A DNA stretch of 64,000 bases, from positions 1,008 through 65,007 of the forward strand of contig JAFSUM010000010.1 of assembly GCA_017445245.1 (NCBI GenBank), given 5' to 3'. Origin of the DNA: Bacilli bacterium. GTDB taxonomy: Bacteria > Bacillota_I > Bacilli_A > RFN20 > CAG-826. Each line of letters begins with the position of its first letter. Position 1 is the stretch's first letter. Shown here one piece after another: positions 49,246 to 58,495 of the stretch. The position numbers and the translations under genes were made by a program. The notes under the pieces are model-generated. The model saw only the letters and a program-made list of their open reading frames with translations, had not been told where the DNA came from and did not search any database.

Positions 49246-49383
49246 TTATACCCCTTGAATAGGTGGCACACTTCAGGGGGTTTCCATGATTCATTATCGA
49301 AAAAATGACAAGAATAATGAATAAATAATGCATTAATGAATCGACAAAGGAGATATTACAACAGCATTGTGTTAACATTTGCT

Positions 49384-49403
49384 TGTAATTCAAAAGTATT
49401 ACA
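49384..49403. promoter_or_regulatory. Putative antitoxin operator palindrome
   Basis: TGTAAT-N8-ATTACA directly upstream of the RelB/DinJ RBS. Confidence 0.45.
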
Positions 49404-49414
49404 GAGGAAAGGTC

Positions 49415-49705
49415 ATGGAACTAATTCAGGTTAGAGTCGATTCAGAGACAAAGAAAGCTGCCGCAACACTCTTTGATGCTCTTGGTATGGATCTTTCGAC
49501 CGCGATACGTTCCTTTCTTAAAAAAGCAATCGCGGAAGGAGGCATGCCTTTCGAGTTGCGACTTGACGAAGATGCTCGTAAAGCCATGGCTGCCGTAGAA
49601 AAGATGAGAGAAACCTCTGAAGCTAACGGCAATAACGAGATGAGCCTCGACGAAATCAACGAAGAAATCGCCGCGTCACGTCGGCAACGGAAGACGCTCA
49701 AATAA
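49415..49705 (+). CDS. RelB/DinJ-family antitoxin (orphan)
   Basis: IQVRVDSETK..A..LF..LGMDLSTAIRSFL...GGMPF. Confidence 0.9.
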   Translation: MELIQVRVDSETKKAAATLFDALGMDLSTAIRSFLKKAIAEGGMPFELRLDEDARKAMAAVEKMRETSEANGNNEMSLDEINEEIAASRRQRKTLK

Positions 49706-49720
49706 ACGTTTGTGCTTACT

Positions 49721-49743
49721 GCACCTTCATCGGTGCTTTTTTT
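49721..49743 (+). terminator. Intrinsic terminator after antitoxin
   Basis: GCACC-ttcatc-GGTGC-T7. Confidence 0.7.
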
Positions 49744-49757
49744 ATCCGCTTCATTCC

Positions 49758-49852
49758 AAACTCGACAAAAACCTCAGTTTGTTAAACTATTTCGGCTTTG
49801 TATTTCCAACTAAGAGTCATTGGGCTATACTAAACTCGACAAAAACATCAGT
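49758..49852. repeat. 21-bp direct repeat pair upstream of AAA ATPase
   Basis: AAACTCGACAAAAAC(C/A)TCAGT at 49758 and 49832. Confidence 0.85.
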
Positions 49853-49875
49853 ACTGAGAAAAATGTGGAGTTTGT

Positions 49876-51204
49876 ATGTTTAATAGAAACCATTATCTAC
49901 AACAGCTGATCGATAAGAAAGACAACCATCTCATCAAAGTCATCACCGGACTACGGCGAAGTGGAAAATCCTTCTTGCTTAACACCATTTTCTATCACCA
50001 CCTAAAAGACGAGGCCAAGATCAACGAAGACCACATCATCAAATTTGCCTTCGACGACGAAAAAAGCGTCGCCCTTCTCGACAAGTACCTCCCAGACCAG
50101 CCGACCACGTTCCGCAAAGACGGGCAAGAAGTTGTCAATAACAGGAAGTTCCTCCTGTATATCGACGAAGTCACAGGTGGAGACGGAAAATACTATTTAT
50201 TGCTCGACGAAATCCAGATACTAGACGGATTCGTCAGAGTGTTAAACGGCTTCCTCTACCACGACAATTTCGACATCTACGTTACAGGGAGCAACTCCCG
50301 CTTCCTTTCCAGCGAAGTCGATACCGAATTCGGGGGAAGGGGCGACCGAATCCATCTTCTGCCCCTTACGTTTCAAGAGTACTTATCAGGAACGGATTTA
50401 GAACGGCGCGACGCACTAGACGAATACATCCGTTATGGTGGTATTCCCCTTGTTCAACTGTCCAGAGGTGACGAAGGCAAAACCAGCCAAGCCATTTCCA
50501 TCCTAAACGAGACATACATCAAAGACGTTAAACTCCGTCACCCTAACGTCAATGTCAATTCTTTGAACGATACGTTAGCCGTCGTTGCCTCGATGATATC
50601 CACTCCTCTAAACCCAAGTAAAATCGAACGCACCTTCAAAAGCGTATATGGGATTGATCTCGGCAATGACACAATCGCCAATTATATCGGTTGGTTCCAA
50701 GAGGCCTATCTATTAAACAAAACACTCCGTTATGACGTAAAAGGACGTCGTTATATCGGCACGCCGTACAAGATTTATTTCGAAGACATCGGTATCCGAA
50801 ACGCCGCTTTGAGTTTCCGCGACATCGACGAGACCGACATCATCGAAAACATCGTATATAACGAGCTTCGGTTCCGCGGTTTCACCGTCGACGTCGGCGT
50901 CGTAACGATAAAAGAAAAAACAGACCGCTTAGACAAAAACGGGAAACCCATTTACGTTGATAAGGAGACCGAGGTCGATTTCGTCGCCAACAAGGGTGAC
51001 AAAAAATACTATGTCCAGGTCGCCTTAGAAATCTCTAGCCAAAAGAAAAAGGATCAGGAATATGAATCCATCCGCCATATCCCCGATTCCTTCCGCAAAG
51101 TCATCGTCGTAAAAAACGAAGGAAAACCCTACCATACAAACGAAGGCTTCCTCCGCGTTAGCCTTTTGGATTTCCTGACAAACCCCGATGCCTTAGATTG
51201 GTAA
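49876..51204 (+). CDS. AAA_14 ATPase with DUF4143 C-terminal domain
   Basis: GLRRSGKS, LLDEIQ, VTGSNS, YGGIP, ENIVYNEL, EVDFV, YVQV. Confidence 0.92.
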   Translation: MFNRNHYLQQLIDKKDNHLIKVITGLRRSGKSFLLNTIFYHHLKDEAKINEDHIIKFAFDDEKSVALLDKYLPDQPTTFRKDGQEVVNNRKFLLYIDEVTGGDGKYYLLLDEIQILDGFVRVLNGFLYHDNFDIYVTGSNSRFLSSEVDTEFGGRGDRIHLLPLTFQEYLSGTDLERRDALDEYIRYGGIPLVQLSRGDEGKTSQAISILNETYIKDVKLRHPNVNVNSLNDTLAVVASMISTPLNPSKIERTFKSVYGIDLGNDTIANYIGWFQEAYLLNKTLRYDVKGRRYIGTPYKIYFEDIGIRNAALSFRDIDETDIIENIVYNELRFRGFTVDVGVVTIKEKTDRLDKNGKPIYVDKETEVDFVANKGDKKYYVQVALEISSQKKKDQEYESIRHIPDSFRKVIVVKNEGKPYHTNEGFLRVSLLDFLTNPDALDW

Positions 51205-51256
51205 AAGATCTAAGACTTGCACGGAAAACCAAGTAAGTAACTGGGCAATTCAATGC

Positions 51257-54200
51257 CTAAGCCCTGTGTTTCTTCTTTTTCTTTGAAACCAAATAGGCAC
51301 CAAGGATTAGGCCAATGCCAACCGAACCAGAACCTAAAACAATCCATAAGGTTATGGTTAAAGGGCTGCTCTGCTGTTGTTTAATCGCGATAGGATTCGC
51401 CGCATAAGGCGTTTCTTTTGTCCCGCTACCACCATTATCGGTTCCGTTGTAATAAGAATCCGTATAGAGGTAAACAAGGTCATTTGTATGAGCCGAATTC
51501 CATCTGCCAACAATGTAACGCAGTTTCGTCAAGCAACTCACCGCATCACCGCTTGGATCGTCGGTGATATAGGATCCATTACGATAATCGGTTCCATTAA
51601 CGAACTGGGCCGAAGTGGTCAAGGTCGCGAACGTCGCTTTGGCCGTGGTCGTACCAACGGTCGCGCAATTGAGGGTGTTATATTCCAAGGCCAAACGTTT
51701 AACATCCGTTTCGGAAACAACGTCACATGTCCTAAATTCATCCAAATAGGTCTTCAAAGCAGTCGCTTGTTCCAAGGTCGTATAGGTACCGTCGATGCAT
51801 TTATAAATGAAGACATTATCCTGGCCAGAGGTATAGCAAGAGAACAATAACGAACCAGCTGTGCTGTTATAGCGGAGAAGATTATGGGAATTGGTACCCT
51901 GGGCAGTAATCGTAGCAACACCCTCGGCGGTGACGGAAATGCTCCATTCGCCATTGGCATCGCTATTAACCGCTCTGGTCTTTAAATGGTTATTGCTATT
52001 ACTGGCGGCGTATAGATAACCGCTCCCCGTATAAAACGTCCATGCCCCGGACTTACCGCCCAAGGTAAGGACCTGGAAGTTCGTTCCGGCCGCCGTATAT
52101 AGAACGCTAGCGCGGTTATTGTCGTTTTGCGTGGCGCTCAAGATACGCGTGTCACTCGTCAAGGTTGCGGCGTTTGCAATAATGTACTCCTGCCCCGCGA
52201 CAAGATCCGAAACGTTATCGACGAGTTCATATGTGTAGTACCCGTTGTCCGCATTCGCTGCGCCGGCATTCGTCGTCGTGACATCGATCGTTCGCGAATA
52301 GATATGTCCGCCCGAAGAATAGGAGACCGTGAACCGATGCTCCCCAAGCGTTTTGTAATACGAGTAATAGCCTTTCGCGTTTTGCAAAGCGGGGCTTACC
52401 GTGCAACTAGAAGTCACGTCGCTTCCACCAAAAGTCGCGGTGAAATCCGGCATAAAGACCTGGCTTGCGTAGATGCACGTAAAGGACGTCTCGTCGAGTT
52501 CAAAGGGATTCGCGGAAACCGTAACGGCGCAGGAAGCGTTTTGGGCGGCCCCTCCTAGATACGAGTACGAAGCCGTAATGGTCGCACTCCCCGCGGACAA
52601 TGCGGTGACCAAACCGGAGGAAGACACCTCCGCTACCGCATCCGCATTGCTTGACCACGTACTAGAATTCGTAACCACTGCGGTGGACCCGTCGTTATAG
52701 GTTGCGGTTAGTTTCAGTTGAACGGTTTCGTCCATATATAGACTCTGGCTAGTCGGCGATAAGGAGACGCTGCTCAGCGTTCTTGGGCCAGCAACCGTGA
52801 TGGCGAAACAAGCGATGATCGAAGCCGTGGTATCGCTATAGGAAACCGTAACTGCGGTATGGCCCGTATTCAACGTCGTTCCGTTCGTCGGGGAGAAGGT
52901 GGAATCCGCGGTGACGTTTTTCGTCGACCCGTCATCGTAGACGGCGGTTACTTTTAGCCCCGCCAGATTCAAAGATTCGCCGGCATTATAGTCGCAATCC
53001 ATGCTGGAATAATCGAGTGAAAGGGATTCTAGTTCTGGCGAAGGATCGCCGAAAATAATGCGGATTCGCGACAAATAGGAGGCTTTGTCCCCCGTCGTGC
53101 AGAAATAGAAGTGGGTATAACTGTTCCCCGTCGTATTGGTCCAGGTCGCCGATCCGCCATATGCCGGAACCTCGATATCGCCGGCCGAACTTCCGCCGGA
53201 AGCGGATGTGATCGCGCTCGTTCCAACCCTCAACGTATAGACAGAATTGTTCGTCGAGTTCGTACCAGAAGAGAAGAAGACGATTTTTGAAATTCCGTGA
53301 GAGAAGGCGGTGGAATTATATAAATAGCTATCCCCCGAGCTCTTGAGTTGGATACAGTCCGTTCTGAAGACGTACCCGATTCCGGAATAGTCGCCCGATG
53401 TCCACGTATAGTCATTGTAGGCATTCGTCGCCAAAGGGAAGTCGGAGATTTCAATGTCGATTAAGCCATCCTCGGGGGCGGTAACAGATAAAGATAGCGT
53501 AGCCGTGACGCTATTATTCGCCGCCGCGGTAGCGGTAATGATACAACTTCCGGCAGAAACCGCTTTGATTTTTCCTGTCGTCGCATTGACGGTCGCGACA
53601 CTAGCGTCGCTCGTGCTCCAGGTGATTTTTCGATTATAGGCGTTCGCGGGAACGCAATAGGCTTCGGGATAGAACGTTTTGCCTTCTGCCATCGTGTAAG
53701 AAGAAACCGAAAGAGTAATGCCGGTTATTTCGGAAACGACTTGGACGTTCGTGGTCTTCGTAAACGAGATGCCGGAGATCGTTACGCTGGCGGTGATGCG
53801 CGTGATTCCCGTCGCGTTCACGGTAAACGTATTTCCCCCAGCCACGGAAATGACCGAGCTTTGGGAAGAGGTATAGGTAACGCCAGGCAAAGCGGTAAGC
53901 GGCATCGTACGAGCGGTCGGCAGGAACTCTTCGCCATACAAAACCGTTTGGTTGGCGTCCATTTCCAGGTTATAGAAAGAACCCGTGTTAAAGATATAGT
54001 TGGCGATGTCTGGGAAATCGATGAAAGGGTTCCGGTTACCTTGAAGAAGATAGGCAGCTTCGTTACGCTGCGATTCCAATGCGTCAACCGGATCTAGAGC
54101 ATTCCATTCCAAAAGGAGATCGATGGTGCTCACATAATCGCTCCCGGGATTAATTAATGAGGTCCCGTCCACGATAACCTCAGTCAAATCAGCGGTATAC

Positions 54201-55546
54201 GTCGCATACTCGGCATCGGCGCTCGTACATGCGGTCAAGGTCGTTTCAACGCCTTTCACGTCGATTTTGGTGGAATAAGTGACATATAGGTAAAAGAAGA
54301 TTCGGGCCAGATCGCCTTTGCGGTTATCCCCTGGTTCGAACACGCTATCGCCATTCGAATTCACGCCGTCGAGGCACGATGAAGTAACCCCGTTCACGGT
54401 AATGGCTTTATGCGGTTGACTTTGGTCAACAACGCCTACGGAAGCCGCCCCGCGGGAAACGTTTACGGTCGATGCACTCGGTCTGATGTGATGAATGTCA
54501 CAACCGGCATATTTTTCGGACTTATCGGGGCTTCCACGAGACCATGCCCCATTCGACAAGGCGGCTGGCCAGACATGCTCACGGTTCCAAATACCATTGT
54601 CCCATGCCCCAAGCATTGGTACCCCGGTCCAGAAATCGATAATGTAATCGGAATCCGTAGGATCGGCGTCCGTCGTCTGGAGATTGGTTTTTAGCGATTC
54701 ATAGCTACGCCGCGACGTCGTGGTCTCCCACATGATGACGTGGAGATCGTCTGCCAAAGCGGCACCGCTTTTACCCGCTAATTTGCCAGCATCAATATAC
54801 GGCTGATAATAGCTTGCCACAGGGGTGGATTCACTGGACGAGGAAGAAGAACTACTGGAGGACGAGGACGATTCTTCTGAAGACGAGGCAGAAGAACTAG
54901 AAGCACTTGTAGTATAGACAACAACGTCATCAATTTGCGTATCCCTATTGCTGCTGGTGCTGACACCGTTAGTGATAGTCACTTCGAACTTTACATAGAA
55001 GGTAGAGGAGCCGGCAATGTTCAAATCACCGCCGTACGTATCTGCAGACGATGAATTGGAATGGGATTCAAGGCTTGTCCAATTGGTACCATCCGTCGAA
55101 CAAAAACTTGAAAGCTTTAAATCAGTGTTACCTTTGCCCTTATAACTAACCCCTTTAATGTAAGAAAAAGACGACGCATTAATTGGCCCGATTTTTGTGA
55201 CGGGACGATTAGTCGTATTTTTTGCTATGCGCATCGTCACATTAGCTTTGCCACTAATTGGGGTTCCCGAAGTGACACTGTCTGCGTAAGTAAGCGAAAT
55301 CGTAACGCCACCTTGAGAATACGTTTTTTCAGTGCTCGTATAGTCGTTTTGACCACTGGTCCTATGGGCAGTTGAATCCTCAAAATCGAATGTAAAGGAA
55401 GCTGTATTGTCATTCGAATAGGACGCGTTAGCCATAAAGGGAGATAGGCCGTCGGCAGATCCAACAGCCCCAAAAAGAAGCGCCATAAAGCAAAAGGCGG
55501 CCAAAAGCCATTTCAACATTCCCGAGGATTCTTTTTGTTTTGCCAT
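51257..55546 (-). CDS. Membrane-anchored surface endonuclease I with Ig-like (Big_2) domains
   Basis: Signal peptide; Ser-rich linker; WNREHVWP, DIHHIRP, KGDLAR, QGNRNPFIDFP; WSTSDASVATV / WSSNADAVAEV repeats; C-terminal TM + poly-Lys. Confidence 0.88.
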   Translation of the reverse strand: MAKQKESSGMLKWLLAAFCFMALLFGAVGSADGLSPFMANASYSNDNTASFTFDFEDSTAHRTSGQNDYTSTEKTYSQGGVTISLTYADSVTSGTPISGKANVTMRIAKNTTNRPVTKIGPINASSFSYIKGVSYKGKGNTDLKLSSFCSTDGTNWTSLESHSNSSSADTYGGDLNIAGSSTFYVKFEVTITNGVSTSSNRDTQIDDVVVYTTSASSSSASSSEESSSSSSSSSSSSSESTPVASYYQPYIDAGKLAGKSGAALADDLHVIMWETTTSRRSYESLKTNLQTTDADPTDSDYIIDFWTGVPMLGAWDNGIWNREHVWPAALSNGAWSRGSPDKSEKYAGCDIHHIRPSASTVNVSRGAASVGVVDQSQPHKAITVNGVTSSCLDGVNSNGDSVFEPGDNRKGDLARIFFYLYVTYSTKIDVKGVETTLTACTSADAEYATYTADLTEVIVDGTSLINPGSDYVSTIDLLLEWNALDPVDALESQRNEAAYLLQGNRNPFIDFPDIANYIFNTGSFYNLEMDANQTVLYGEEFLPTARTMPLTALPGVTYTSSQSSVISVAGGNTFTVNATGITRITASVTISGISFTKTTNVQVVSEITGITLSVSSYTMAEGKTFYPEAYCVPANAYNRKITWSTSDASVATVNATTGKIKAVSAGSCIITATAAANNSVTATLSLSVTAPEDGLIDIEISDFPLATNAYNDYTWTSGDYSGIGYVFRTDCIQLKSSGDSYLYNSTAFSHGISKIVFFSSGTNSTNNSVYTLRVGTSAITSASGGSSAGDIEVPAYGGSATWTNTTGNSYTHFYFCTTGDKASYLSRIRIIFGDPSPELESLSLDYSSMDCDYNAGESLNLAGLKVTAVYDDGSTKNVTADSTFSPTNGTTLNTGHTAVTVSYSDTTASIIACFAITVAGPRTLSSVSLSPTSQSLYMDETVQLKLTATYNDGSTAVVTNSSTWSSNADAVAEVSSSGLVTALSAGSATITASYSYLGGAAQNASCAVTVSANPFELDETSFTCIYASQVFMPDFTATFGGSDVTSSCTVSPALQNAKGYYSYYKTLGEHRFTVSYSSGGHIYSRTIDVTTTNAGAANADNGYYTYELVDNVSDLVAGQEYIIANAATLTSDTRILSATQNDNNRASVLYTAAGTNFQVLTLGGKSGAWTFYTGSGYLYAASNSNNHLKTRAVNSDANGEWSISVTAEGVATITAQGTNSHNLLRYNSTAGSLLFSCYTSGQDNVFIYKCIDGTYTTLEQATALKTYLDEFRTCDVVSETDVKRLALEYNTLNCATVGTTTAKATFATLTTSAQFVNGTDYRNGSYITDDPSGDAVSCLTKLRYIVGRWNSAHTNDLVYLYTDSYYNGTDNGGSGTKETPYAANPIAIKQQQSSPLTITLWIVLGSGSVGIGLILGAYLVSKKKKKHRA

Positions 55547-55818
55547 GACGATTCCTCCCTAGATTCGTCGTGGCCACCCGTCTCTAGTACCTGGTTCCCT
55601 AATTAACGAACCCTAGATTAAGTGACACTGCTGAGGATGTGGAGCCTTGGATCTATGTATCCGCAAGGAGTTTGATTTATCAAATAATTTTTTGTCTCCT
55701 CACATTCCTTCGCAATAGCAAAGCGCTTACATTCCTTTGGCATATTTGCCTATGGTCACTTTCAAATAACTCGTTCAGTAACATTCCAATGTCACTCTTG
55801 ATGATTTAATATATACAC

Positions 55819-56481
55819 ATGGTTCTCTATCACGGTTCGAAAGATCGGATTCCAAAACCGTTGTTTGGCGTTGGAAACCCCCGTAACGATTATGGGTTAG
55901 GTTTTTACTGCACCCAAAACCAAGAGTTGGCGTTTGAATGGGGTTGTAGTTCTGGAGGGAAAGGTTTTGTAAACCAATACAAGTTAGAGGAAGAAGGTCT
56001 TTCTTTCTTAAACTTATCCGACTATTCCATCCTGTATTGGATCACTGTCCTCCTCCAAAACCGCACCTTCTTCCTCAAAAACGAAATCGCAGAAGCGGGC
56101 AAAGATTTCCTTTTGTCCCACTTTAGCCTTGACCTGAAAGCCTATGACGTCATCCGCGGTTATCGGGCAGACGATTCCTATTTTGCCTTTGCGGAGGCCT
56201 TTCTCAATAATGCCATATCCGTGCAACGCCTAAGTCAAGCAATGCACCTAGGCGACCTAGGCGAACAAATCGTCATCATGAGCAAAAAGGGGTTTGCCCA
56301 CCTCCATTTCGAAAATGCCATTCCGATCAAAACCGATCTCTATTACCACCTTCGTGTCCTTCGGGAAGGCTATGCGCGCCGCTGCTTCTTAAAGAATAAG
56401 CCAGGCGATCCAATCGAAGATCCTCTTTACCTAAGTGACGTCATGAAAGGAATCGATCCCAATGATCCCCGTTTGTTCTGA
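55819..56481 (+). CDS. DUF3990-family protein (ART-like fold candidate)
   Basis: LYHGS, NDYGLGFYCT, YDVIRGYRADD, LGEQ. Confidence 0.85.
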   Translation: MVLYHGSKDRIPKPLFGVGNPRNDYGLGFYCTQNQELAFEWGCSSGGKGFVNQYKLEEEGLSFLNLSDYSILYWITVLLQNRTFFLKNEIAEAGKDFLLSHFSLDLKAYDVIRGYRADDSYFAFAEAFLNNAISVQRLSQAMHLGDLGEQIVIMSKKGFAHLHFENAIPIKTDLYYHLRVLREGYARRCFLKNKPGDPIEDPLYLSDVMKGIDPNDPRLF

Positions 56482-57076
56482 AGACTATTTCCTTGCCGCT
56501 CAAGAAAAACTATCCGCGATGATTGAGATGGCGGTTTACGTCATGCACAAGAAGGGCGAAGAATTCATAAACACCTTCCTCTCCTCCCCTATTTGTCACG
56601 CCTTTGAATCAGGCGACCCTTTTATTCTTTTTGGGAAATCCCCAAACGAACTACTGGGTATCTTATTCAATACCGCCCCGCCCGATTCCCCTCACTTCTA
56701 CGACGCATCCCCCGAATACTGGGTTGGTTATGTCTTAGCCTACGTCCAATATGAAACAGACAAGCCCTATAAAGACTTGTTGGAAGCTTTCCCTTACGAG
56801 GACCTCCTCCGCGCTTATTTCCCTTACCACGAAATGGATTTAACCGCGATTCTGCAAGTCTTTCGTGAGAAATTACGCGACCGTTATGGCCTAAAAGCCA
56901 TGCGAGAACGCTTGGGGATCAGTCAAGCCCAGCTCGCGGACCTAAGCGGCGTTCCCCTCCGCACCATCCGTTCCTACGAGCAAGGACAAAACGATATTCG
57001 CAAAGGAACATATGAAACATTACGTTCTTTAGCCGCGACCCTACATTGCGAGATCACGGACATCCTTCCCGCTTAG
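56462..57076 (+). CDS. DUF3990 partner domain fused to C-terminal XRE HTH
   Basis: EYWVGYVLAY, YFPYHEMD; LKAMRERLGISQAQLADLSGVPLRTIRSYEQG. Confidence 0.85.
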   Translation: MIPVCSEDYFLAAQEKLSAMIEMAVYVMHKKGEEFINTFLSSPICHAFESGDPFILFGKSPNELLGILFNTAPPDSPHFYDASPEYWVGYVLAYVQYETDKPYKDLLEAFPYEDLLRAYFPYHEMDLTAILQVFREKLRDRYGLKAMRERLGISQAQLADLSGVPLRTIRSYEQGQNDIRKGTYETLRSLAATLHCEITDILPA

Positions 57077-57559
57077 TTATTTGATTTCACCTCGCTCGAC
57101 CTTACGGAAGAGTTCGAGCATATCTTGTTCATCGCGGCCTAAACCGAATTCCTCTTTCCAGATATCGATCGCGGTCTGAGGATCAAGTGAATGATAAGCG
57201 GGGTAAAAGGCACGCATTTTAGTCGCCGGGAACTTACGGTAGATCGCCTTCATCGGCAAACAATCGATATAGGCCCAATAACGATACACGTATCCGATCC
57301 AATGGAGTTCGTCTTCGTTCCATTTAGGTGCCTTTGACCCTTTAGGAAGAGTTGCTTCGAATTCTTCTAAAAAGGGCTCAATTTCCATGCCGAGGTTATA
57401 GCAAGCCAAAGAATCAAAGCACCAACAATATTCGGTATAGCAATAACGGCGGATGAAATCCGCGCTTCCTATAGGAAGGCGGCGAGACTCCACGAAAACA
57501 AGGGCCTGTTTACGGCATAGCCTCAATCCGCTTTCATCCATCTCACGCGATAATGGCAT
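57077..57559 (-). CDS. DUF3990 partner (putative antitoxin), no HTH
   Basis: HWIGYVYRY and YPAYHSLD match the partner domain of 56462-57076; start ATG 57559 inferred. Confidence 0.75.
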   Translation of the reverse strand: MPLSREMDESGLRLCRKQALVFVESRRLPIGSADFIRRYCYTEYCWCFDSLACYNLGMEIEPFLEEFEATLPKGSKAPKWNEDELHWIGYVYRYWAYIDCLPMKAIYRKFPATKMRAFYPAYHSLDPQTAIDIWKEEFGLGRDEQDMLELFRKVERGEIK

Positions 57560-58397
57560 CGATGTATTTCCCTTCGTTTTGGTATTGGTTACGTGCGATA
57601 CGCAGTTTCGCGATTCCCTGCTGCCGCTCTTCTGCCCTGCAGTTTCTCGCATCCTTCCGTTCCCCTGCCCCCAAATACAATCTAGCGGCAGGTTCAAGAT
57701 AATCAATCGCCTTTTGAGTTCTGCAAATCACTTGGTAACCCAACTGATTCGCCGAAAGAGCATGAAAGCATTGTTCATCCGTTAAATTCCCGTTCGCGAA
57801 ATCCATTAAGGTTTCGTACATCAAGTTATCCGCGATAGGAGCTCGGATATAATCGGCCTGTTCAACCTTCTCGTGAATAGCCCGAATCAATGGATGGTTT
57901 TCTTTTCCTTTTAGGTAACCCCTGTAATAACAAATGGCCAGCATCCATTCCCGGTCTACGTCAAACGAGATACCCTTAAGATCTGCGGTATCAAGATAAA
58001 AGCAATAAACGGAACCGCTTCGATATTCGCATACCCAATTGGTGGCTTGGTTTAACGTTTCGCCCATATAGAACCCAAGGCCAAAATCATTAACCATCCT
58101 ACCATGTACCAAGTTAATGTCCCCGTTAATCCCATTACGCGAACCGTGATAAAGAAGAAGTCTTCCTTTCTTATCGTCTTCTAGAAAATGAGTTCGCATG
58201 AGATTGATGTCGAGTTTATTTGCATAGGCCAAGCGATGAAGAGCTTCCACCGCTTCCTCCGTCGGGAAGGCAATTCCGTTTTCATAATTCGCAAGAGTCA
58301 CGAAAGACATTCCCAAGGCCTCCGCGAATTCGTGGAGAGAAAGGCCCATCGCATGGCGGAGATAGATGAAATCTTTGCGGAAATCGTAACCTATCAT
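57543..58397 (-). CDS. XRE HTH fused to DUF3990
   Basis: LRHAMGLSLHEFAEALGMSFVTLANYENG; LYHGS, NDFGLGFY, DYIRAPIADN, LGYQ. Confidence 0.85.
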   Translation of the reverse strand: MIGYDFRKDFIYLRHAMGLSLHEFAEALGMSFVTLANYENGIAFPTEEAVEALHRLAYANKLDINLMRTHFLEDDKKGRLLLYHGSRNGINGDINLVHGRMVNDFGLGFYMGETLNQATNWVCEYRSGSVYCFYLDTADLKGISFDVDREWMLAICYYRGYLKGKENHPLIRAIHEKVEQADYIRAPIADNLMYETLMDFANGNLTDEQCFHALSANQLGYQVICRTQKAIDYLEPAARLYLGAGERKDARNCRAEERQQGIAKLRIARNQYQNEGKYIDAIIA

Positions 58398-58495
58398 AAT
58401 TGCATTTTAAAATTTTTTAAAATCCATTTCAATCCATCTCATGCCTCCCCGCATTGAGGACAACTCTCGCACCCGTTATCATATGGATAACACCC

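Noticed and set aside
54830-54910. Tandem DNA repeat / contingency locus
   Set aside because: Poly-Ser linker encoded with mixed codons; no perfect repeat unit
55547-55818. Possible riboswitch in the nuclease/DUF3990 divergent gap
   Set aside because: Only weak complementarity and no recognisable aptamer consensus
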